DNA of 64,000 nt, taken from the NCBI GenBank assembly GCA_023213395.1, contig CM041465.1, forward strand, positions 209,629,741 to 209,693,740. Direction: 5' to 3'. A program made the translations under genes and the position numbers. Position 1 is the stretch's first letter; every line of letters starts with the position of its first letter. The stretch comes from Cycas panzhihuaensis. Taxonomy: Eukaryota > Plantae > Cycadophyta. Positions 25,434-37,784 of this stretch are shown in pieces. The notes beneath the pieces are model-generated. The model made no database searches and had not been told where the DNA came from. It saw only the letters and a program-made list of their open reading frames with translations.

Positions 25434-28400
25434 ATTGCTTCAAATGTGAGTAATGTTTCACTTCAAAATTTTAGTGTAACTCATTATGTAAGTTAAATTA
25501 GGAGAATAAAACCCATTTTCATTTTCAAAGATATACAAGAACTTGTAAAAGGTGGTCATATTGATTTAAATGTTAATACATGTCCTAATGAGAAAAATGC
25601 CTTAAGGAAAATAAAAAGAGAGATAATGAAGCTCTCATACTTGTTTTGTGTGTTCTTTAGAAACATATTTTCCCTTATGTTAGTGAAGTAAACAATTTTA
25701 AGGAAGCTTGGGGCATTCTAAAGAATGCTTATAAAGGAGCAGCAATGGCCAAGCTATAAATGCTTTGAACAAAATTTGAAAATAATAAGATGAACTATAA
25801 AGAATCTATAAATGAATACATCATTAAAATTCAATGCCTAGTCAATCAAATAAGATTTCTAGATGAAGAGATAAGTGAATAACAGGTCATTTATAATATT
25901 TTATGAAGTATTGATGAAATTAAAATGTTCAAGATGGTGGTAACATGCATTAAAATATCTAAGAACTTCTTTAACATGAAGGTGAATGAATTAAGTGGCG
26001 TTCTACTTGTAGTTGACAAGAAGAAGAATTTAGGTGAAATATTAGAGCATACTTTTTCCACTAAGGCTAAATTTAAAAACAATAAACATCAATAAAATTC
26101 TTATGAAAGGGCAAAGAGAGAAAGAGGATAAGTTTCTATAAACAAGAATGCAAAGTCTAAGAGAATAAAGATTTAAAAGTCAAGGATAAAATTTTAGAGG
26201 ATAAAACCTTAGAGGAAGAGGATAAAATCCAAGAGATACATGATTAAATCAAAGTTAAAGAGGAAGAAGCTTGTGAGGAAGAGATCGGGGAACCATTCAA
26301 TATTCCTATTGGAAAATGTTATTCATGTAGAAAGGAATTACTACTTTAAGAAGCCAAATTTAGAGAAAAGATAAGCCAACACTATAGGTGAAGAACCAAG
26401 GCATAATGAAGGACTAATTTTACATAGTTTTATGGTCCATGAAGTTGAATAAAGATGGTACATAGATTTTAGTTTCTCAATATATATCTCTCATAAAAAA
26501 TAATGGTTTGAGAAGTTTGATGACTTTCAAACAAGCAAAATTATATTTGGTGACAATACCACTCAAGAAGTAAAGGGTAGAGGCTATGGATCTATTTAAA
26601 TATATAGTGGTAAGACTAAGTATATTAATGACATGCTACATATCCCTACACTTAAGAAAAGCTTACTTTCTATTGGTCAAATAATGGAACAAAAATATAA
26701 GGCTATATTTAATGATATTAAGTGCATTATTAAAGACAAGTTGAGGAATGAATCCATAGTTGTAAAAGGCTAAATGATAGAAGGTAAATTATTCAAGATT
26801 ATTGTTCCTCCAAGTGACATTAATAACATAAAGACATTAGTTGAAGTTAGCAAGAAAATGTGGCATTATAGATTTGGGCATATAAATTATAATAGTCTTG
26901 CTTTGGTGAAGAAGATAGAAATAACTATTGATGTTCCAAGTATTAAATAAAGTAAAGGTACTTGTGAAGGATACATATTGGATAAACAATAAAGGGAAAG
27001 ATTTCTTAATAGAAGTTGTAGAGCCAAGGCACCACTTCAATTAGTGTACACAAATTTCTATTGACTAATGGACACCTTATCATTTAAAGAGGTAAGATAT
27101 TTCATTACCCTTATTAATGTTTACTCAAGGATGACTTAAGCATATTTCCTAAGAAATAAATTAGAAGCATTTTAGTGTTTTATAAACTTCAAAGTCATGA
27201 TGGAAAGCTAAAATGATCATAAAATAATAACCTTTAGATTAGATAATTAGGAAGAATTTATTTCTAATAATTTCAAAGACTATTATAGGCACCGTGGGAT
27301 CAAGAAATAACTAATAAATATTTATACCCCTTAATAAAATGGAGTTGTTAAGAGAAAGAATAAAATGCTAATTAAAATGGCTAGAGCACACTTAAGGCAA
27401 AGAAACATGTTAAGGAATATTAGGATAAAGTAGTTTAAATAATCATTTAATTGTTAAATAAATACATAAGTAAAGCAGTCAAAGGGGTGACACCTAAAGA
27501 GGCTTAGTCATGATATAAGCCTAGTATAAAATACTTAAGGGTGTTTGGGTGCATTACTTGTGTACATATACTTGATAAAAAAAGGATGAAGTTAGAAGAT
27601 AAAACTGTGAAGTGCATTTTGATAGGTTATTGTGATACATTAATGTCCTACAAATTATATGATTCTAAAGGAAAAAGGATAACTATAAGTAGGGATATTA
27701 TTTGTGATAAAGATAGAATATATCAAACTGATTCAGAGAAAGACAAATTAAAAGGAGTAATGATCAATGTGAAGCCAAGTATATGTAGTACAAGTGTACC
27801 CATGATCCTAAAACAAATGGAATAAGAATAACTAGATCAAATCAAAGTAATAAGAAAGTTCCTAAATGGGTTACAAGGGTTCATGCTCCTCAAAACATTC
27901 TTGATAAAAGCTTTGAGAGAAGGATCACAAGATGTTAAAGTATGGAAATTTTTGCCTTAGTAGCATAAGTTATAATGAATAATAAGCCTAAAAAATTTGA
28001 AGAGTCTAACACTCATGATGAATGAAAGTAAGTAATTAAAGAAGAATATAATAACTTAGTTAAAAATAACACTTAGGAGTTAGTGGGCTTAATACATATT
28101 AAGAACATAATTGATATAAAATAAGTCTGTAAGACCAAGTATAAATTAGATTGGTGAATTAATAAATATAAGGTTTGTCTAGTTACTAAAGGATATGTAT
28201 AAAAAGAAGGCATTGATTATAGTGAAATATTTACACTTATTACTAGGATAGAAATAGTTAAGATGATCCTAACCTTAATTACACAACATGAATGGACTAT
28301 CTACCAAGTGGATGTATATTTCTAAATGGTTATAGAAATGAAGAAATTTATATGTAATAATCAAGAGGCTTTGAGGTTGAATGGAATGAAAATATCATCT

Positions 28401-28861
28401 ATAGGTTGAAGAAGGTTTTATATGATCTTAAATAGATACCTAGAGAATGATACCCTATGATTCATAATTACTCTAAAGATAAAGGATTTCCAAGGAGCTA
28501 ATATGATTCTAACTTATATGTTAAGTTGGATAGAGCATCAATTTTAATTATGGGATTATGTATTGATGACTTCATTTATAGTATAAATAGTCAACATTTA
28601 TTCTAACAATTTAAGGTAGATATATATAAAGAATTTGAGATGATTGACTTAAGATAAATGCATTACTTCTTAGGCATTGAAATTTGAAAGATGATAATAG
28701 AATCTATGCCTCAAAGGAAATATATTATAGATATGCTATGCATATTTAACATGGACGGACATAGACTATTTGTAGCATCTATATATGTTGGGTTGAAGTT
28801 GTCTAAATATGAGGCATATGCTTCAGTTGATCTTACTTTATATAAGTAATTGATAGGAAGT

Positions 28862-28911
<50 letters not shown>

Positions 28912-29795
28912 ACTTATCCATGTATAAATTATGCACTTATTTTAGATTTTAGATTTATGATAGAGCCTAAGATGGTACATTGGCAAGAATCTAAATGAAT
29001 TATCAATTATATCAATAGTATACTTGGGTATGAATTACATTATAGGTCATCATATTCTTTTAAATTGGTTGGATATACAAACTTAGACTAGGTAGGTTGT
29101 ATAGATGGTACCAAATCAACTTTATGGTATGCTTTTAGGTTGGGTTCAATAGTAGTTTTTAAGTATATAAAGAAGCAACCTATAATATTAATTTCTATTG
29201 CATAAGCAAAGTATAAGGTGGATATTATAGGACCATTGAAATAGTTTGGCTTAGGAGAGTTCTACATGACTTATATGTTGGACCTACATAACTATCATGT
29301 GATAGTCAAAGTGCCATATAGATGAGCAAGAGTTTAGTATTTTATAATAGAGCTAAGTATATAGGAACACAACATTATTTTATGAGAGAATTAGTATAGC
29401 GAAGCAAACTTGAGTTGGTCTATTACAAAAAAGGGACTAGGTAGTAGATACACTAACTAAATCATTGATTAAAGCTAAGTTTTATAAATTTGGAGATAAT
29501 ATTAGTGTCTCCTTAAATGGTCATTATAAGGGAGAAATATTTGGATAATACGTTTTCTTAGAATAATACCCAATTTTGATAATTTGGCATAGTCAACTGT
29601 ATATGTGCTCTATTAATCTAAAAATGACAACTTTATGGTTGATTATGAGAGGTGCACCAATCGCCTCTTAAAATTCCTCTATTTATCTATTTGATTCAAT
29701 GACCTTGATATTCTTTAGAACCACCCTCTATTCATCTTTTATTATTCTCTTTAAACTGCTAGTACATGTGTGTTACATTGGGTCTATCCCTAACA
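25434..29795 (+). mobile_element. Ty1/copia element D (highly degenerate; 3' LTR ~29538-29795, 5' LTR not recognisable)
   Basis: gag FKMVVTCIKISKNF (~25928), protease WYIDFSFS (~26456), MWHYRFGHINY (~26858), integrase NGVVKRKN (~27338), VFGCITCVHI (27541), RT LCIDDF (~28556), RNase H RAKYIGTQHYFMRE (~29349). PPT aagggagaaa followed by an LTR ending ccctaaca. Confidence 0.88.
28864..28906. repeat. (TA)21 microsatellite inside RT of copia D
   Basis: Read directly from the sequence. Confidence 0.97.
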
Positions 29796-29920
29796 TTACT
29801 AAATCTAATATCCCAATGTGTTAGTGTCTCTAATGCAATTAATTTTCTCTAAAGCTAAACACTGAAAATGGTCTTCTCCATAGTTTTTTATACATTAAAA
29901 ACCATATTTATTTCTAAATA

Positions 29921-30118
29921 TTAAATATTAGGACCAACACTTCTATTGAAAGGTCCATCCTTGGAAGGAATGCCACCAAAATCACTAGTATATATTTCAA
30001 TACTTACACCTTAGTACATCTTTGTAATGATAGGGTTGTAAATGCTCTTAAGCTCCTTCATTTTATCATCAAACTCATAAGCCTTAGTAAGTTGGTTATT
30101 GTCCAACCATTGAATAAC
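29921..30118 (-). pseudogene. HSP70: Cytosolic HSP70 C-terminal fragment (pseudogene)
   Basis: Minus-strand translation [64 protein letters not shown] matches the plant Hsc70 tail [37 protein letters not shown]...GPKIEEVD. Confidence 0.9.
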
Positions 30119-32435
30119 CATAGGTTCACCTCACTAGGGCTAATCCCCATACCCCTATATATGTCAATGTTAGGAGTATTCCATAGTTGTGTTGAAAATA
30201 GACAGATTGTTAGAACATTCTTAGATGAATTTTGAGATGTTATATTAATTGTATTTATGTGTCTTATAACTAGATTTACCAACTTATCCTTTACTACAAG
30301 ATATGGAGCTATCCTTTAGTTGAATATGAATAATAGATGAGTATGTCTCCCTAAGATCCTAGCTCAACTAGGACCTCAAACATGGAATATAGAACAAGTG
30401 TATATAAGGAAGTCTTTTAGCCCTAACCATAAGTTCTTTGCAAATTACATACTTGTCATGTAATTATGAATTTTATTGGTGTTAAATCTAACTTGGCCAA
30501 GAATTGATCTACATGACACTATTTAAGGCATTTAATTTATGATTTTTATGATCATATACTTTTATTTATTTGCTCTTAATTAAGGATTTACTCTATTGGG
30601 ATAACAAGTTTGCCATAATATTCATCTTCATATTTGATAATGCTCCTTAAAAGGTGTTCATTACTATTTTCAACCTTTTAAAGTCCTTGATATGATTTAG
30701 AGTTGGACTCAATAGTGCACATAGATTCAAGAAAAGAACGACATCTACAAGTTGAAATGCAAGAGCACAAATGCACCAAATATGTAAGTAGTGTTTAAGT
30801 ACCATTAATAATCTTATGATTCTTATGAAAGAGTCACATTTTCTAGCTATAGTGCCTTTCCATTCGTATGAGGCACCAACTATAAATCCATCAAAAGGTT
30901 GAAATTCTTGACAATGTAGTATGCCATTTATGGTGTGTCTATGCTAAGTGTCAATGAGCTACAAATCATGCACCATAATTGTTTATAATGTTTTAAATGC
31001 AATATTAAGTGACTTAAACATCAATAGACAAAATATACTTGTTCTCATCTTAATATTAAACACTCCCTAATATTGAATATTCCTATGACCTTCTAACATT
31101 AATTAAATATTATTTTATAACATATAGGAGCTCATTCACGTGATGAGAGATTAAAGAAAGTATGGGATATATTAATACAAGATTTTAAAGTTAGTACTAT
31201 GATTGTTATTTTATCTAATAAGGGTGAGCTTTATCACCCTTTTTGGATCACAAAAGTTATTATTCCTTAAAGAAGGATAAATAAATTTAGTTTGGGTTCA
31301 TCTATATAATATAATTTTTAAGTATCCTTTAACTACTCGTATAAAGGAAAAATGATTGCTACAAAATAGATATAAGTCACACATAATATCTAGTATTCCT
31401 AAGAATAAGCTATGGCTTGATACTTTATCATTGAATGATATAGATATCCATCTGTACAATTTTACATTAACTACCATAAGCCATCACTAAAAATAGCAAT
31501 AAAATATTATGTTAGAAAAACTTTTAAAAGTGGGTGTATATGATGAGGCTAGAATATTACAAGTTCAATATAGGTTCTATGATGACATCAAGTGTGTACA
31601 TATGAATAGTTTAGAAGAATATGAATTTATATTATTATATAATATTTTTTATGATAATGGTGAATGAACTTTTCTAATTATACATATATAAAATATTTGT
31701 GGCATGTTTTTAGATAATCTTTTTTAAAATAATAAATATATATCATTTTAATATAAATATGTTACTTCAAATGTAATAGTTATTTTTTAGGACTGTAACA
31801 CTTAAATAAGAGAATTGGAAATATATTTTTATATAAAAAAATATAATGATAAGTAGAAAGTATATTTTTCTAGTTAAAAATGATTTCAAATACTCTTTTA
31901 TAGGGGGAACCTTATTGTATAATATTAAAGAAATTAGATAATCCATGAATGATTACTTAAGAAAGCTTAAGAGACTTATTTAAGATAATTTTTACATAAT
32001 GGGATAAATTGAAAACCTTACAAAGAAATGATGATGCTTAAGGAAATAATACAAGAAAATAACTTAGTAATACATAAAACATTGATAAGAAAGTTATAAG
32101 TGAGACTGTGAGAGTCTTTTAACTATATTTTTACTCTACCTTACTATAGTATCTATAATCTAGGCTAAATGATTACATCTTATTAGTGTAGATACTTCAT
32201 CTTATTTACTTAAGAATATAGGTATTTGATTAATGATTCCAATACAATTGAATTAGTCAAATATGACCTCAGACGAGTGAGTTATAGCCATTTTTGTGAG
32301 GCCCTGTAACTAAGATATTATCCCTTGTAACCTTTATTTTATAATCCTTTAATCTTATTTGTGTAAATTTAATCTCTACAAGTTGTGTATAAAAGTGTGA
32401 AAAAAGCCATCTATTCACCCCATTTTATTTTGTAA

Positions 32436-32880
32436 CTTCACAACTTACCCATGCTCGTTGCTCCTTTACAAAATTATGGGAAGTTCTTTACTTGCAACTT
32501 TACTTCATAACTTAATTATTCTAAGTCCATCCCTGATGATCCATTTACGAAATTGGGAGAAGCACTTTTCTTGTGATTTTACTTTTTAACTTCACAACTT
32601 AATCATTTTAATTCCATACTCAATAGTCCACTTGCAAAACTATTAGAAGCTTATACTCATTGACCATTCGTAGTAACTTTGTGACTTAATCATTATGAGT
32701 GCATACTCAGTGATCTATTTATTAAATTACTTTATAACTTAATCATTATAAGTGTATATGCAATGGTCCATTTGTCAAAGTGTGAAAATTTATTTACCTA
32801 TAGCCTTTGTTTTACGGCCTCATAATTAGACTACTTAAGTCTATGTTCAATGACCCGACTACAAATATACAAGAAGTTTC
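32436..32880. repeat. Degenerate tandem array, ~6 units, basic period 87 bp
   Basis: Units starting ctt(c/t)(a/g)(c/t)(a/g)actta or close variants at 32436, 32503, 32590, 32677, 32730 and 32818. Confidence 0.75.
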
Positions 32881-33699
32881 CTTTAGAAAAAGCTAGATTA
32901 AAGGTCCACTTCAAATAAACATAACTCCTTCTTCTAACATTTATTTCTAGAGTTTTACACTCTTAGAAAATCTCAAAACATGCTCTTCATTATAGGGCAT
33001 TTTTCAAAGGTTGATTTGAGTTAGTATTTTATCCCTCCAAACTTACCATCTTATTGAGTTTTCTAGAGTCTACGATAATGGAGTTTAAACCCTACAACTT
33101 TAAACTCATAAAACTTTTTTGTTTGATACTTGTTCTAGAACTTCTACCACTTATTGGAAAGCTAAAAATCTCCTCTATAACTTGATGTACTAATCCTTTA
33201 CAAATTAAATAAATTCTAATTGGGTATTATACCATAAAGAAGTCATAAATGTCTCTAAGTCTAACATCTACCCTTACATTAGTTTTTTCCTTAAATTTTC
33301 CTTATTCATATCATGTACTTCCTCATATGTGTTACCCATCTAAGTAATCTAGCTACATTTCTATTATACAAGTAATAAATAAATAGTGATTTTATATTGA
33401 TTAAGTTATTAAAAAAGAAATATAACTAATAACTTAGGTGTAGATGGACTATAATCTTTATATAAAGATACTGGCCAAACTAGAAAATCGAAATGGTACA
33501 TCACTACACCTAGTGAAGCATGATTTAATCATTCACCTCATATAAGATGATCAAAATTAAGAAATAAAATTATATTTTACATATTTTTTAGAGATACAAC
33601 CTAACCTAGGAAGGTTTAGGAACTAAGTCCTTACACTTCTCTTATTACTCAATTATTAATTAATCAATGAAAAGAAAAGAAGAAACTTAAAAAGAAAGA

Positions 33700-35111
33700 T
33701 AATGAAATTTTCTCTCTCATCTTTATGCTTTAGATAATCCTATATTTCTTAGACTTTGTAATATTATTACTTTAAGTAAGGCATGGACTCTTTTGAAAAC
33801 TACATTTGAAGGTGTTGTTAGTTATAAATCTTAAACCCTAAGAAGAAATTTTAAGAATCTTAAGATAAATGGTTATGAATATCTTAATGATTTTATACAA
33901 AAAAAGTTAGGATTTAGTTAATCAAATGAGGTCCTTAGGTGAAGAAATTTAGGTAATGAATTATTAAAAAGACCCTAATGAGTATAAGTGAAATCAAGGA
34001 ATTTGAGAATGTCACTACTAGTATTGAAGTGTTTAAAGATCTTTCTACTTTAAAGATTGATAACTTGAGTGCTATGTTACTTGTTATAGAGGAGAGAATC
34101 AAGGATTTTAATTAGAATTTAGAACAAGATTTTACCATAAAGGCAAACCTGATGGGGAATTTAATAGACCACTAAATTCATAAGAAGGTACCTTAAGTTT
34201 AAGAGATAGATGTGATGGAATGAGTCTAATGAGAGGACAAGGAAATAAGACTCTTATTCCATAAGGATGAGAAAGTAGAAGAGATTTTGTAGAACCTTAA
34301 TATTACAAGTATGAAAAATTTAGTCATCTTATAGATGAATGTGAAGTTAGGAGTAATGATTTAATGAACACAATTATTGATAAATCATAAAGGAATGAAA
34401 ACTTATGTTATTGAAGTTTGAGTACATAATCTTTAAATGATAAATAATATATCAATTTTGGTTATTCAATACACATATCTTATAATGATGATTTATTTCG
34501 AAAGATTGAAATTGATGAAAAGAAATGGAAATTTGTCTTTAATGATCATAATATATAAGAAATTCAAGGGCAACATGTTACTTTAATTCAAACTAATATT
34601 GGAGAAACTAAAAAACATTATGATGTGTTGCTTGTACTTAGTTTTAAGAAAAACTTATTATTTATTGATAAATTAATGAAACAATAATAAAAGTTAGTAT
34701 TTAATAGTTCTAAGTGTGAAATTATAAGTAAATTAAACAATGGTGTAATTATAATAAAAGGGAAAATGACTTAATATAAATTGCTCAAGCTTATAGTATA
34801 TCCAAAACTCAAGTCTTAAATGCTTCAATTACTGATGATAGTATTCTTTGGTATCATTAATATGGTCATCTTAATTATGAAGAACTCATCATAATGAGAA
34901 AAAAAAAAAGGTTAAGGGTCTTCCTTTCATTCAAGACAATAATATTATATGTGAAGGATGTATTTATGACAAACAACATAGAGATAATGTTCTAGATTCA
35001 TAACTTAGAGCTTGATATTCTTTAGGATTGGTGTATGATGATCTTTATGGACCTTTTAAGGCTATGTCCATTTGGAATGCAAGATATTTCATGATTTTGG
35101 TTGATAATTTC

Positions 35112-35159
<48 letters not shown>

Positions 35160-37784
35160 AGGATAAATCTTAAACATTCTTAAGATTTATTGAGTTTAGA
35201 GCAATGGTTGAAAGGCAAAGTAGTTATAGGTTATATATGTTTCATTCAAATAATGGGGGAGAGTTTATCTCAATTAGCTATAAAGATTTCTATAATAAAA
35301 CATCTATAAAAAGATAATTCATAGCTCCATGGATACCATAGCAAAATGGAGTCATTGAAAGGAAAATTAAGACTATTATTGAAATGGTAAGAAGCATGTT
35401 TAAGGTAAAAGAAGTTAGTGATAAATTTTGGACTAAAATAGTGAATATTATAGTTTATTTATTGAATAGAATTCTTAAAAAGGCATTAGTGGACTTAACT
35501 CCTAAAGAAACTTAGATTAATTTCAAACTCAATGTGACTCTCTTGAAAGCTTTTAGTTGAATGGGATTTGCACATGTTTCTAATGAAAATAGAAAGAGGT
35601 GGAAAAGCAAAAGTGTTAAAGTGCATTTTCATAGACTATTTTGATGAACAAAAAGCCTTAAGATTGTTTGATCCTCTAACAAAGAAGTTCTTTATTATTA
35701 GAGATATCATTTTTTATAAGCATGTTAGATATAAACTTGATTCACAAGATGATAAAAGCAAATAAGTTATAGTTGATATTCAACCATCTCAAACTTCATA
35801 AAGTGAACCAAGTTCAAGTATAAGTTAAGTTTAAAAGAAAGGTCCAAAATGACTTGTTATGGGTTATAACCCAAATGATATTATTGATACAAACTTTGAA
35901 AGAAGGTCATATGCTTGAGTCGATTATACCTTAATGACTTAATTGATACAAAGCTATGGACCTTAAATGTTTGATAAAGCTATTAAAAGTGAAGATTGGA
36001 TTCAAGTAATAACAATTGAACATGATACCTTAATGAGGAATGAAATGTTATATTTTATAGAGTTACCGATTGGTAAAGATGCAATTAGAACCCAGTACAT
36101 ATACAAAACCAAATATAAAGTTGATCATATAATTGTTAAATTCAAGGCAAGACTTACTACAAAAGTTTATGCTTAATAAGAAGGAATTAATTATGAGAAA
36201 ATATTTGTGATGATTGTTAAGATAGGCATAATCAAAAGCATCTTATCCTTAGTTATTAAACATAGATGGGCAACATATTAGATGAATAACAATTCAACAT
36301 TCCTTAATAGTTATGTTGATGACATAATCTTAAGGATTTAAAATTAAAGTGGATAAACATCCAATTTACAAATTAAAGAAAGCTTTGTATGGTTTAAAAT
36401 AGGCATTAAAGGTATGGTATTCTAGGATTGACATGTATTTCCAAGATAAAGAATTTTAAAAGAGCTCTTTTGATATGAGTTTATATATGACAATAGATGG
36501 TACTTTAATATTGATTATTGTATTTTATGTTAATGTTCTCATCTATATTAAAAATAATGATTAAATGTTTTAGGAATTTAAGAATAATATGAGTTCAAAA
36601 TTTAAAATGACAAACTTGGATTAGTTACACTATTTTCTTAGTATTAGAATATGGCAAGGTAATAATGACATGTATATATCACAAACTAAATATGGTATGG
36701 ATACTTTAAAGAAGTTCAACACGAGTAATTATAATTCAGTTGTTACTCTTATTGAAGTTAGGTTGAAGTCAGGTAAAAATATAGATTTTATTTTAGTTGA
36801 TCCTAATTTATATCATTAATTGATAAGAAGTTTAGCTTATTTAATAATTGCCCAACTAAACATAGTATATCTAATCAATTTGACTTCAATATTCATGTCA
36901 GAACCCTAGAAAAAAAATTAGAATGTAGTAAAGAGGATCCTTGGGGTATCTTAAAGGAACATTTGATTATTGACTTCATTACACTTTATGAAGTGAGTAT
37001 AGATTGGGTTGCTATATAGATATAAATTGGGTAAGTGGTATCAAAGATAGGCAATCCATATCGAGTTGTATTTTTGACATTAGTTTGACCACAATTTCTT
37101 AGAATACAAAGAAATAACTAAGATTTCTTTATCTGTAACTAAAATATAGTACAAAATAGTTGAAGTAATAACTTGTGAAACAATTTGGGTCTAAATGATA
37201 CTATAAGATTTACATTAACCCCAGATTAGATCTATATAGATTTATTATGATAACTAGAGTACCATCTGAATAATAACGAACCTAGTCTTGCATACAGAAA
37301 GTAAGCATCTCAAGATCAAATATCATTTCATTTGAGAGGTTGTATAACAGAGATAGAATATACTACTTTATTGTAGGATTAAATATCAAAGAGAAGACAT
37401 TTAAATAAAGGCATTGCGAAAGTTTAACTATTATAAATTCAAAGGAAACCTAGGTATCATCCCATATGTGTATTATAGGGTAGTATTAGAGAAATAATAC
37501 ACATTAGTGTATTAATAAAATAATATAATTGATTTATATATTGGAACACATTAATTAGTTACATGATATTATATAGATACTATTGATCTTTAATTAATTC
37601 AAATAAAAAAATCATATGGCATCCTGGTGTTTTTTCTTACTAGTCCTTATGAGAGACAAAAATAGTTTTATTTAGTATCTTGTTTAATGTCTTATTGAAG
37701 GCTTCTACTTTCTTATTTGCTTAGGGATAATAAGGGGATAATATGTGGTGGGCTATAAAAAACTTCTCATAAATCTCATTAACA
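33700..37784 (+). mobile_element. Ty1/copia element E (highly degenerate; probable 3' LTR ~37484-37784)
   Basis: gag EFENVTTSIEVFKDLSTLKID (~33999), LWYH*YGHLNY (~34846), QNGVIERK (~35342), VLKCIFIDYFDEQKALRLFDP (35568 ORF), RT IYKTKYKVD...KFKARL (35967 ORF), RNase H SKHLKIKYHFI (~37300). Left boundary approximate. Confidence 0.85.
35113..35157. repeat. (AC)22 microsatellite inside integrase of copia E
   Basis: Read directly from the sequence. Confidence 0.97.

Noticed and set aside
30058-30282. 74-aa minus-strand ORF
   Set aside because: Overlaps the HSP70 fragment in a different frame and has no recognisable homology.
30830-30995. Weak PPR-like words on the plus strand (IHQKV...DNVV...VYAKC...LF)
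   Set aside because: Spacing needs several indels and only one partial repeat is visible. Needs a BLASTX/HMM hit before it can be called.
32436-32880. CRISPR-like repeat/spacer appearance
   Set aside because: Repeats are degenerate, tails are partly homologous, spacing is irregular, the context is eukaryotic and there are no cas genes.
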